Shown here piece after piece: positions 29,777 through 38,828 of a stretch of DNA of 64,000 nt. The notes under the pieces are model-generated. The model worked only from the letters and a program-made list of their open reading frames with translations. It was not told where the DNA came from and searched no databases. Within the stretch, counting starts at the first letter, position 1, and each line of letters begins with the position of its first letter. The stretch comes from Pseudomonadota bacterium (GTDB taxonomy: Bacteria; Pseudomonadota; Alphaproteobacteria; Caulobacterales; Hyphomonadaceae), in the NCBI GenBank assembly GCA_039028055.1, contig JBCCIW010000001.1:1166-65165 (forward strand). The letters run 5' to 3'. Made by a program: the position numbers and the translations under genes.

Positions 29777-30254
29777 ATGTTCGGGGAACCACCACGTGAG
29801 TGTGGTGGCATGGCCGTACGTCTGGTTCACCGAATCGGTCCGGGTCAGGGACGGCGAAGCCGCCGGCGTGCCGGGCGCAAAAGTTTTCCGCGCGCAGCGC
29901 CCACCACGGGCGCGTCATCGAAAACTGGACCGCCCTTTCGACCCACGCCGCCCTCGCCGAAAAGTTTTGTGATCCTTGACGCGGGCTGATTTGGGGGCCA
30001 TCCGGAGGATATGCTTCCGCACTCATGTGTGTGTGTTTTGACGGTAGGTTTGCCCGACGCGAGCAGGCAAAGGGCGCGACCGGACGCGGGGGACGGATGG
30101 AGCGGCGGGATCGTTTTGCCCCGCAAAACAGACCGGAGCGTAATCCGGCGCAGCGGCCGGGGAGCGGCTTGCTCGCGAGACGGGTAAACCGGGATGCCGG
30201 GCGCTGCACCGCGGTGAGGCCGCATGGCCGAATGCGCGACGGACCGCAGGGCCG
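29777..30254. repeat. about 475-bp structured non-coding repeat, copy B (5' leader/promoter region of 28833..29762)
   Basis: Direct repeat of copy A, offset by about 1523-1527 nt. The reading frames of embedded ORFs are not conserved between the copies. Confidence 0.85.
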
Positions 30255-30344
30255 TTCTCGCCTGCGACACGCGCAGCCGAGCAGGGGAGGCCGCAAGGCT
30301 TAGGAACACCTGTGGCGGACATCAGGGATCAGCCACTTGGTTTG

Positions 30345-31142
30345 CTATTCCGCCTGCATGTCCCCGAAGTCCGCGTCGAGCAGATCGATCGTAGGATCGG
30401 CCAGGGTGACGAAGCCGCCGTCGACCGCGCCTCGTTCGATCGACAGGATCGCCTCGGCATAGGGAATCTCGGTGACGGTGACGCCGAGCGCCTCCAGTGG
30501 GCCGACGACGAGGCCGCGCCCCGGTTCCACGAACCTCGGAATCCGTAGCTTGAGGCCCTGCAACACGTCAACGCCCTCAAACTCCGGCTCAAAGACCGTG
30601 TCGGCTGCGAACACATTCCGGCCCTTGTCCGGGTCGTAGAGCAGGATCAAGGGGGTGATGGATTGCTGAACCCTGGCCCAGTCGATCCGACGCAACAACA
30701 CCCGGTAGGCATCGCTGCGTACCTGTCGATTCGGGTTCTGGATGAAGACTGTGTAGTACCTGTCCGGGAACACCACCGAGACGGAACTGTGCCTCGTGAC
30801 CTCCAAATCGTTTGCGGCGGTGGCCGTGGCAGATACCGAATACGTCCCGGGGACCAGGAACCTGCACATGAGTTGCGCCGCCACGGCATCACATTGCGCG
30901 ACATGCGAGCGGCCCACCGGTTGCCCCGCGACACGCCATGTCAGTGTCGTCACATCCGGATCCGCAGTCGCGTTGAATTCGGTGTCGAGCCCAACCTGCG
31001 CCGCGACGCTTGCGGGGGTGATCTCGAGGAACGGCGGCTCCGCAGGGGCGGCCGCCCGCCCCAGGGCCCACCCGCCGATCCCCACGATCGCGGCCACCGT
31101 CACGCCGACCAGAATCTGCCCGCCAAGACTCTCTGAAGACAT
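30345..31142 (-). CDS. membrane-anchored protein with Ig/PKD-like segment
   Basis: 265 aa with an N-terminal TM (ILVGVTVAAIVGIGGWALG). The beta-rich segment LTWRVAGQPVG...GTYSVSATATAAN looks PKD-like. It lies 4 nt downstream of the EEP gene. Confidence 0.55.
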   Translation of the reverse strand: MSSESLGGQILVGVTVAAIVGIGGWALGRAAAPAEPPFLEITPASVAAQVGLDTEFNATADPDVTTLTWRVAGQPVGRSHVAQCDAVAAQLMCRFLVPGTYSVSATATAANDLEVTRHSSVSVVFPDRYYTVFIQNPNRQVRSDAYRVLLRRIDWARVQQSITPLILLYDPDKGRNVFAADTVFEPEFEGVDVLQGLKLRIPRFVEPGRGLVVGPLEALGVTVTEIPYAEAILSIERGAVDGGFVTLADPTIDLLDADFGDMQAE

Positions 31143-31146
31143 CGGC

Positions 31147-32199
31147 CTACTCCGAGACGGTCATCACGATCGGACAATGATCGCTCGGATAGGCTTCCGC
31201 AAAGGTCAGGACCTTTCCGTCGGCGAAAGGCTGTAGGCTCCCGTCGCATCGGGTAAGCGCGGCGCCGGGATCGCGGAACACATAGTCGCCCGTCAGCTCG
31301 ATCTGATCCGCCGTCAGCGTCACACCTTTCGCGAGGTTCTCCACGACGAAGAAGTCGATCTCGGCGCTGCTGCGGGGCGTGTAGAGCCATGGGCGCAGCC
31401 CCTCGGCCTCGAACTGCGGGTTGTTCGCCATGGCCTCCTCGCCCAATCGAGCGAAATCGAACGCGAAGGAGGACCAGCACGCGCGTGTCTCGGCACCCGG
31501 CAGGATGTGCCCCTGCGGCACGTTCGGGAAGAACTCCGCCCGGATGTTGTCCGCCCCCTCCAGAAGTTGCCGGTTGAAATCCCCCGCCAGGATGATCGTC
31601 GCCTCGTCGTCCTGGGCGTCCATCCAGGCGCGCAGGCGACGCACCTGCTCGCGCTGCGTCGCACAGTCGTCCTCCGTGCCAGGTTCGACGGAATTGTTCT
31701 TGCAGGTTGCCTTCAGGTGGATCGACGGGACCAGGTAGCGTCGCCCGTCGACCGACAGATCGACGCCTACGCCGCCGCGCACCGGGCGTGCGGGCGCGCC
31801 GCATTCGTTCTGATGCGGCACGGCGAGCTCATCGATCTGGAAATAACCGTGCTCGAACGTGTCCCTGATCGCGATCGCGTTGTATATGTCGTCGGCATCC
31901 GCCGCGCATTTCTGTGCGTTCTCATAGCAGCGGGTCTCGAACCGGAAGCTGTACCCGTCGGGGAGGACCGCTTCCAGCGCCGCGACGCTGCCAATCTCCT
32001 GGAACGCGATCACGTCCGCGTCGATGGACGAAATGATCTCCCGGATTCGGGTGTAGTCATCCGCGTCGCGGTCGAACCCGCGCAGTTCCGAGCCCGGAGC
32101 GCCAAGGTTCGCGATGTTCCAACTGGCCACCGTGAAGGGTTCCGCGAAACAGACGGTCGGCGCGAGCAAACAGGGAAAGACGAAATGAAAGCCCCGCAT
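31147..32199 (-). CDS. secreted endonuclease/exonuclease/phosphatase (EEP) family protein
   Basis: Signal peptide MRGFHFVFPCLLAPTVCFA. EEP motifs SWNIANLG, DVIAFQEI, ILAGDFN and the C-terminal SDHCPIV. Confidence 0.85.
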   Translation of the reverse strand: MRGFHFVFPCLLAPTVCFAEPFTVASWNIANLGAPGSELRGFDRDADDYTRIREIISSIDADVIAFQEIGSVAALEAVLPDGYSFRFETRCYENAQKCAADADDIYNAIAIRDTFEHGYFQIDELAVPHQNECGAPARPVRGGVGVDLSVDGRRYLVPSIHLKATCKNNSVEPGTEDDCATQREQVRRLRAWMDAQDDEATIILAGDFNRQLLEGADNIRAEFFPNVPQGHILPGAETRACWSSFAFDFARLGEEAMANNPQFEAEGLRPWLYTPRSSAEIDFFVVENLAKGVTLTADQIELTGDYVFRDPGAALTRCDGSLQPFADGKVLTFAEAYPSDHCPIVMTVSE

Positions 32200-32710
32200 T
32201 TAAAACCCTCTTCTCGGAATTGAAATCATCGAAAAATCGTTGGTCTTGAGATCAGGATACGACAGTATTGATGATTTCGCGACCCGAGATCCTGTGAGGG
32301 CTTCAGAGCGGACAAAAAAGAAAGACGCCATCCCGGGAGGTGGGATGGCGTCTGATCTCTTCTGCCCGCGCCACGGGAGGAGGTGTGGCGCAAACCTGAG
32401 GCCGGTCTCCAGGGAGGAGGAGAGGAGAGCGATCTCAAAAGTAGGCTAGCCCGAAATGCTGCGGCGCAACAACGGCAAATGCTGCAATGCAGCTATGCAC
32501 TTCATGCAATGCTAAACTACGCGACCCTTCGTATACTATTGTCGAGCGACAAATATGGGTGACCCGTCAATATTCGATATGTGCCCACAAGCGTTTGTCT
32601 AAGTACTTGCGAACGCGGAACCACTGAATACGCGACGCCTGTTCATCCGGCATTTGCCCGGAAAGGCCGACAGAAATAGGCTTTTGCAAGTTCAAAGGAG
32701 AGAGTCTCAG

Positions 32711-33829
32711 GTGTTGCGAAGGTTTCAATACATAGACCGCCCCAGCTTCCCTGACGATCTGTTCGCAGACGTTGACTCGGCACAGTTGCGGATGGCGTTG
32801 AGAAACCTCCAGTCCGCAGTGCGTGCCGTCACCGGTGCCATGCGAGACATGTACGCCTTCCCTGACGGCAGCGATCTCAAGGTTGGCGTCACTCCGGAGA
32901 CCCACCTGAACGCAAGGGCCCGCCAGTCGCGTGTCGGCGGTCCCTTCGCGATCGAGTTTACCTCCGGCTACGTCCTTTGGGCGGCCGTCGTAAGCTCGGT
33001 ACTCGCCCGCATGGTGGCCTCCGGGTTTCGCCTCGAAAGGACCGTGTCCCTGTCGTTCCGTGACTTCGCGGAGGACGTGGGGACGTCCGGGGTGCAAACC
33101 TGTGTCGACGTGACGATCAACGAGATCGGTCCGGACATCGAGGGCAGCTGGCTCTTTTTCTTCGAGTCACTCTATCTGCCGGTCTTGTTTCACGAGCTGG
33201 CCCATATCGTGCGAAGGCATCTCGGCCTGCTCAGACAGCGACAGGGCGGGGCGGGCCTGTGCATGGTGGACGAGTTGATGAGCCAGGATGTGGGCAACAC
33301 ACCTCCCGGCTTTCCGCTACGCGATGTCGAGATCGATGCGGACGTCTACTGCTCGGGTCTGTCCGGCGAGTTCGCCTTCGCGCGATCCGCGACCCTGCCG
33401 CGCTGGCAGTATATGACAGGCAAAGAGAACCTTTATGCCGAATTCGTCGGATACGCACTCTTTGTGGTCGGCCAGGAACGCATGGCACGCGACAGGATCG
33501 GAACCCGCGACACCTACCCGTCGCCAAATCTGCGGTTGCTCCTGCACTCTGTCGCCCACAGGGCGCGTTGGAATGTGGAACATCCCGAAAGTGACTATTT
33601 CGCGGAGATCTTTGAGCCCGCCATGGAATTATTGGCACCGCTCGAACCGGCGTTCCCCGAGCTCGATCTCCTCCGGGACACGATTTCCAGGGAGGGGGAG
33701 GCCGACCTCAGGAAAGAGATCGCCGCCTATTTCGATCAGGACCCCGAAACGGAGGACGGGCTTTTTGCACCCTTCGCGTTCGACGCGCGATGGAGCGACC
33801 CCATCCCGAAATTCTTTGGGATTTCGTGA
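32711..33829 (+). CDS. HExxH zincin-like protein, paralogue 1
   Basis: The GTG at 32711 follows RBS AAAGGAGAGAG (the ORF is open from 32654). Motifs FHELAHIVRRH, EIDADVY and YPSPNLRL. Confidence 0.65.
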   Translation: MLRRFQYIDRPSFPDDLFADVDSAQLRMALRNLQSAVRAVTGAMRDMYAFPDGSDLKVGVTPETHLNARARQSRVGGPFAIEFTSGYVLWAAVVSSVLARMVASGFRLERTVSLSFRDFAEDVGTSGVQTCVDVTINEIGPDIEGSWLFFFESLYLPVLFHELAHIVRRHLGLLRQRQGGAGLCMVDELMSQDVGNTPPGFPLRDVEIDADVYCSGLSGEFAFARSATLPRWQYMTGKENLYAEFVGYALFVVGQERMARDRIGTRDTYPSPNLRLLLHSVAHRARWNVEHPESDYFAEIFEPAMELLAPLEPAFPELDLLRDTISREGEADLRKEIAAYFDQDPETEDGLFAPFAFDARWSDPIPKFFGIS

Positions 33830-33833
33830 TCGA

Positions 33834-34916
33834 ATGGAAGAGGTCTCGCGTGCGTTTTGGAAGGTAGATCCCATCGTCAGGACTATGGGCGGATATCTCG
33901 ACGTCAAGGGGCTTACACCGGTCGAGACGACATTGGTGCACTGGACCATACATGTCTTCGAGATCAACATAGGCCTCCTGGACGCGCGCGATCCGGACCT
34001 CGACATCAAGGGGATCGACCTCGTCATCTCGGCTGGCGATGCGCCGAACGCGGCCGCGCGCCAATCGGGCGATCGCCGTGCAGTCATCATAAGCCTCGGC
34101 CTGCTTCGAAAACTGTGGCGGTTCCTTACGGCCGCAGCCCATCATCCGGACGTGCTTTCGCGCGCGCACCCCCTGAAGGATCCGGGCAAATCTTGGAAAG
34201 AGGCGCTCGACGGCCCGCTCATCGCCTTCGATGACTGGTCGATGGAGGCGGAGCGTGCGGAGTACTTCGTCGACATTCTGATGCAGATGTTCGACTACGT
34301 GATTTCGCACGAACTCGCGCACCTCCTGCGGCGGCATATCGATCTCCTCTTTCCGGACGCAACACCCGGCTTCGTCGACGAAGCGGCAACATATCTGGAC
34401 CAAGTCCCCGGCCAATCGTCAGACATGCGGCCGGAAACGCTACAGGATATCGAGTTTGACGCGGATGCGAACGGGCTGAACCAAATGCTCCTGAGCATGG
34501 ATGAGAAACATCCGTTTCGGACGGGCTGGGCCGCGGAGGATGGGCTCGAATACGGCTTCCAGCTGGCGTTCGCCCATATCCTTGTCATGCGGGCGCTCGA
34601 CACAAGGGAGGGTCCGGTGGATCGACCGGGGACGGAACATCCCTCCCCACTCTTTCGGGCGATGAACTTCACCAACCTGGTGTTCAGATCCCTTCACGAC
34701 CTGGTGCCGTGTGACTTTGAAGAGTCGGTGCGCGTCCACGACACCGCCTGGTTCGAGGCGAGTGAGATCTCCAAAGACATCGGTTTCGGCGACGGAAGAT
34801 GGTTCGGGGAAGGCCCGTCGGACGCGGATCATGAGAAGTTCCTCATCAGCGAAGCGCGATATTTCGAGGCCACGCGCCGGATCGATCGCATCCTCGACGG
34901 TGATGACAATGGGTGA
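33834..34916 (+). CDS. HExxH zincin-like protein, paralogue 2
   Basis: The ATG lies 4 nt after the previous stop. Motifs SHELAHLLRRH, EFDADANG and HPSPLFRA have the same spacing as in paralogue 1. Confidence 0.65.
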   Translation: MEEVSRAFWKVDPIVRTMGGYLDVKGLTPVETTLVHWTIHVFEINIGLLDARDPDLDIKGIDLVISAGDAPNAAARQSGDRRAVIISLGLLRKLWRFLTAAAHHPDVLSRAHPLKDPGKSWKEALDGPLIAFDDWSMEAERAEYFVDILMQMFDYVISHELAHLLRRHIDLLFPDATPGFVDEAATYLDQVPGQSSDMRPETLQDIEFDADANGLNQMLLSMDEKHPFRTGWAAEDGLEYGFQLAFAHILVMRALDTREGPVDRPGTEHPSPLFRAMNFTNLVFRSLHDLVPCDFEESVRVHDTAWFEASEISKDIGFGDGRWFGEGPSDADHEKFLISEARYFEATRRIDRILDGDDNG

Positions 34917-35895
34917 GCAAGACCTCGAAACCCTGACCATGATCCGCGTCGCCGGAGAGTTCGTCATCTACGTGCTCTTCCCCGGGATCGACGAGACAGC
35001 CTTCGCCGAACGGATAGACTGGCGGCATCGCGACAGTGTGGGCCTTGACGCGATCATTTCGCCCTGGCGCAAGGATCGCTATCGCATCGCGATCGGAACC
35101 GCTGTACCCGATCTCATCCTGTCTCGCCTCCAAGCCGTCAACGTCGAAGGAGAGACCGCAGCTCGGGCCGAACGGTTGGGCGGGATCGAACCCGCAATGA
35201 CGCTGGCATGGTTTGCCGGTGTCGCCTTCTTTGCCACCCACGAAGCCTGCCACGCCGCAGCAGGCCATGTCGCCTATCAGAAGGCGCTGAATCCGGAAAC
35301 AAACACGGGTGACTTGCCGCGACCTCTGGATCTGGCGACATTCCGGCTCCTGTCAGAGCTTGAAGCCGATGGAGCCGCCGCGGCCAGCCTCCTGTCGGCG
35401 GATTATGAGCTAATGCGCACGATCGAGGGGCTCTCATCCGACGGTGACGACAGAGCCGACAGCGCCATGATGTTCATCGTCATCGGCGTCTTCGCGACCC
35501 TGGAACTTCTCGCCTCGGAAGGGCCCGTCGAGGATGGGTATCCAACGCCCGAGACGCGCTACCTGAACGTGGTCGCGGCCGTGTTCCGTCACGTGGCACC
35601 GAACCTGCTCCAGCTGAAGTCGGGCGACTATGTTCGCCGCGAGGCGAGCGACGAAGAGGTGCAAAACGTCGCGAACAGGTTTCGCCACTCGGTCCTTCCG
35701 GCGCTCGCCGCCCTGAACCACTTCGATGTGACCACGCCCTTCGGGGAAGACATTGCGGCGCTACTCGGCGGGGCGGTCCCCAACAAAAGTGAGGCAGGGC
35801 GAGACCTTGCGCGCTATAGTCGCGACCGTGCCCGATTCATGCGGGCATTGAGTAGATTTCGAGAGACACGGATGTGGGACGATTTCAATGACTGA
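34909..35895 (+). CDS. HExxH zincin-like protein, paralogue 3 (divergent)
   Basis: The ATG overlaps the previous stop (ATGGGTGA). Motifs THEACHAAAGH, ELEADGAA and YPTPETRY. Confidence 0.6.
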   Translation: MGEQDLETLTMIRVAGEFVIYVLFPGIDETAFAERIDWRHRDSVGLDAIISPWRKDRYRIAIGTAVPDLILSRLQAVNVEGETAARAERLGGIEPAMTLAWFAGVAFFATHEACHAAAGHVAYQKALNPETNTGDLPRPLDLATFRLLSELEADGAAAASLLSADYELMRTIEGLSSDGDDRADSAMMFIVIGVFATLELLASEGPVEDGYPTPETRYLNVVAAVFRHVAPNLLQLKSGDYVRREASDEEVQNVANRFRHSVLPALAALNHFDVTTPFGEDIAALLGGAVPNKSEAGRDLARYSRDRARFMRALSRFRETRMWDDFND

Positions 35896-36205
35896 CGTTG
35901 TGGTGGTGATGCGCCTTGCTGGCGATGACGCGGACGCGTCCAAACAGGATATCCTCGCGCTGTTGGAAGGCGTGGCCGGTGCGGACGTTACCGACAGCTC
36001 GGTCGACGCGGCCCTAGGCATGACCGCAAAAGAGCTTGTGCTAACCGTGACGATCAGTTTCGCGACGTCGGTCTCGGCGAATTTCGCAACCAAGGCGATC
36101 GAGGACGCGTTGCAAGGACCGCTACCCGACCAGGTGACGGTCGAAGAGATCTTTTGTGAGACGCCCTCCGAGAACGATGGCACGGTGGAAGAGAGCCCGG
36201 AGTGA
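35888..36205 (+). CDS. small acidic protein, last gene of the HExxH operon
   Basis: 105 aa and Asp/Glu-rich. The start overlaps the previous stop (ATGACTGA). Confidence 0.5.
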   Translation: MTDVVVVMRLAGDDADASKQDILALLEGVAGADVTDSSVDAALGMTAKELVLTVTISFATSVSANFATKAIEDALQGPLPDQVTVEEIFCETPSENDGTVEESPE

Positions 36206-36391
36206 TGCTTTGCCAGCGGGGCTATCGGACCGACGAGTTTCGCCATCATCCTGCGACGGACAGGCCGTTGACCTCGAACTGATCGACCACAAAGAAAAAC
36301 GGGAGCCGCGTTTCCGCAGCTCCCGTAGGCTAGGTAGGCCGGGCCGGTCTAGGCCGACCTCGCTTATCGATCGGGACCAGGTCCTGTCACA

Positions 36392-37120
36392 TCAGGACAC
36401 CAGAGACAGTCCCGCACCGGCGTCCCGCTCGCGCGCACCGCTCTCGACGAAGGGAATGATCGAGAAGGTCTGGCCGCCGCGCTGCTCCTCGTTCTGCACG
36501 GCGTTTACCCGCAGATCGCCATCGGGCGTGTTGATGAGAAGTGAGACGTAGTCGTTGCCGGTCCGGTTGCTTTTCGCCATCCAGGCCGAACCCACACGGA
36601 TCGGGTGGCCCTTGGGCGAGCTAACCTCGATCCGGTAGTCGGGATGGGTTTCTTCGGCCTTGAACGCGTTCTCGATCAACATGAAGTCGAGGTCGAACAT
36701 CATGTTCGCGATGTAGCCGGCGAAGGCGTTGTCTGCATCCATCGCGGTCAACTCGCCCGAGATCGAGCCTGACTTCATGGCACCGTTCGAGACGAGCGGG
36801 ATGATCTCGAACTCACCGGTCATTGCTTCGCGTGCTTCCTTGGTCTGCACGGCGTTGACTCGAAAGGGCCCGAGGCCGACATCGATCTGCATCGAGATGT
36901 AAGGATTGCCGGTGGTATTGCCGGTCTCGTTCCAGGCCGTGCCGATACGCACCTTCCGGCCGGACTTGTTCACCGCGGTCACGTCATAATCTGGGCTACG
37001 CTCGGACATCTTCGTGCGGGTCTCGAGCTGGATCGCGATGTCGAACCGGGTCGAATGGATCATGCCGAAATAGGCAGTGGCTGCGCTCTCGGCGTTTTTG
37101 GTCAGGGTTCCTGCGAACAT
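36392..37120 (-). CDS. tandem DUF736-domain protein
   Basis: Start MFAGTLTKN with RBS AAGGAGAAGACCC. There are two repeats of the core: KVRIGTAWNETGNTTGNPYISMQIDVG...FEIIPLV and PIRVGSAWMAKSNRTGNDYVSLLINTP...FSIIPFV. Confidence 0.7.
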   Translation of the reverse strand: MFAGTLTKNAESAATAYFGMIHSTRFDIAIQLETRTKMSERSPDYDVTAVNKSGRKVRIGTAWNETGNTTGNPYISMQIDVGLGPFRVNAVQTKEAREAMTGEFEIIPLVSNGAMKSGSISGELTAMDADNAFAGYIANMMFDLDFMLIENAFKAEETHPDYRIEVSSPKGHPIRVGSAWMAKSNRTGNDYVSLLINTPDGDLRVNAVQNEEQRGGQTFSIIPFVESGARERDAGAGLSLVS

Positions 37121-37237
37121 GGGTCTTCTCCTTGGGTTTGCCGGTGCCCGGTTTCCTGCCAGAGCACGCGGGATTGCTTTTCGACCCCTCATGGGATCGC
37201 AAAACCACAAAGCCCTCTCTCCTTTCTCTCCTGCCCG

Positions 37238-37528
37238 TCAGCCCAGCCCGGCGGTAGACGAGGTGTCCGACGTCGCCCCGCGCACCACCCTCCCCTGCGC
37301 TGTCGCGCCATCATGGCCCGGCTCCGATATGAAGAAGTCTGCCTCGGCTCCGTTCAGCCGTCGGCCGCTCCGGTCGGTCAACCCGATCGTGCTGCCGTTC
37401 CGCACAAAGGTGATGAGGTATTGGCCGAGGCCATCCCGATGCACCCGGTAGCCCTCGTTCGCCCAGTGGGCGGATTTGCCGGCATCCACGGCGGCCTTGA
37501 TCTCCGCGACGTTCATCTGGTTCTCCAT
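37238..37528 (-). CDS. hypothetical leading-region protein
   Basis: Preferred start MENQMNV. 96 aa with good GC3. No family recognised. Confidence 0.45.
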   Translation of the reverse strand: MENQMNVAEIKAAVDAGKSAHWANEGYRVHRDGLGQYLITFVRNGSTIGLTDRSGRRLNGAEADFFISEPGHDGATAQGRVVRGATSDTSSTAGLG

Positions 37529-37596
37529 TTCAGTGTTGGCATTGGAAAAAGAGAGGCCCGATCCGTGGATCGGGCCTCTGTGCAACCGCGATTGAC

Positions 37597-37878
37597 CTAC
37601 CAGTCGAAGACGTCGAGATAGGGGGCGGGCGGGACGTCCCGATCGAACAGGACGTAGTCGCAGCCTGCATCCATCGCCAACGACATGACCGTCTTGAAGG
37701 CGTCACAGTCGACGCCTTCCGGCAGATCGGCGAGGGTTTCAGGGATGGAGAACAGCCAGCCATACTCATTCTGCATGCTTGGCGGTTTGGCAAAGAGCCC
37801 GTTCTCGATAGCCTGGACGGTTTGTTCAGGCAGATGCGCGGTGCTGCAATCGTAGAATCTGCGGACGTTGCGCATCAT
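37597..37878 (-). CDS. hypothetical leading-region protein
   Basis: 93 aa, ATGA-coupled to the upstream gene. Confidence 0.5.
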   Translation of the reverse strand: MMRNVRRFYDCSTAHLPEQTVQAIENGLFAKPPSMQNEYGWLFSIPETLADLPEGVDCDAFKTVMSLAMDAGCDYVLFDRDVPPAPYLDVFDW

Positions 37879-38315
37879 GATCCCCTCGCCTCCATCCAGT
37901 CCTTGAGGCCGAGGATCGTCTTGCCTTCAGCCACCTCGGCCAGCCATTCCGTGCGCGGATCGCCAACGGGCTCACGTGCCAGCAGGTCGATATGCCCATT
38001 GGCCATCCAGGCCTCGGGCTGAATCCGCCCGAGCCAGTCGGCGAGGCTCGGGATGCGGCCCTGACAGTCTTCGCGGACATGCTGCTCGCCGATCCAGCGG
38101 ATGGGAATCTCGCGCCCCGCCTCGTTGGTGAGCGAAAGCCCGAAGACACGTTCGGCCTCGAAGATACCTTGCGTGTGATGGCGCAGAGCACGGTGGGTGA
38201 AGATGGCGAGATGCTCCTTTGAGGCATCGAACCAGTCGTGAACGGCCTGATAGTCGGATGGCGTTCCGCCATACTTCCGGGCGGAACTTTCGGCATGATG
38301 GAGGGGATGGGCCAT
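37875..38315 (-). CDS. hypothetical leading-region protein
   Basis: Preferred start MAHPLHHAES at 38315, 1 nt after the upstream stop. 146 aa. Confidence 0.5.
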   Translation of the reverse strand: MAHPLHHAESSARKYGGTPSDYQAVHDWFDASKEHLAIFTHRALRHHTQGIFEAERVFGLSLTNEAGREIPIRWIGEQHVREDCQGRIPSLADWLGRIQPEAWMANGHIDLLAREPVGDPRTEWLAEVAEGKTILGLKDWMEARGS

Positions 38316-38316
38316 A

Positions 38317-38703
38317 TCACAGGCCCTCATCGAAACTGTGGGAGCATTCAACGTAGCGGTCGGCATGATCGAGGGTGATGCTGTCGGCGATGACATCCCA
38401 GGTCAGCGTGCCGTAGCCGCCCTCGTTGTTCTCGAAGCCGGGATGCTGGTGATAGGCGACGGACCAGGCGAAGTCGCCGAGCTTCGTGCAGAGTTCGTCA
38501 GGGAGCGCAATGCCGACCGGTAGCACCGTCACGTCCTCGATATTGCCGGAATCGCCGTAGCCCTCGTATTCGGCGGTGACCTCGGTGATGCCGCGGCCTC
38601 GCAATTGCGGGAGCAGCTCGTTTCGGGTGGCCTTGTTGGTGGCTTCGCGCTCGGCCTGCCATCTTGCCATCGTCTTGGCGAAGGTGGTCTCGGAGTTGGT
38701 CAT
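38317..38703 (-). CDS. hypothetical leading-region protein
   Basis: Preferred start MTNSETTF with RBS AAGAGGACGAGACCC. 128 aa. Confidence 0.5.
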   Translation of the reverse strand: MTNSETTFAKTMARWQAEREATNKATRNELLPQLRGRGITEVTAEYEGYGDSGNIEDVTVLPVGIALPDELCTKLGDFAWSVAYHQHPGFENNEGGYGTLTWDVIADSITLDHADRYVECSHSFDEGL

Positions 38704-38828
38704 GGGTCTCGTCCTCTTGTCTGGGATTGGGGAAGGTGCCGAGGGGTCCAGAGACCCGCCACGGCGGCGGAACGCGAGGGGGCAAAGCACCCTTCCACGT
38801 TCCCCCGACCGAAAGCCCGCTTTCCCTT

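Noticed and set aside
28254-30254. CRISPR array or transposon ends as the explanation for the repeated sequence
   Set aside because: There are only two copies, each about 475 bp, in direct orientation and each tied to a gene start. There is no short repeat-spacer periodicity, no terminal inverted repeats and no transposase.
28833-30296. 487-aa ORF extending the DUF2493 gene about 530 nt upstream
   Set aside because: The extension runs through repeat copy B, which is non-coding because its frames are not conserved with copy A. It is Arg/Pro-rich. A good RBS (GGAGA) and an ATG at 29762 give a sensible 309-aa protein.
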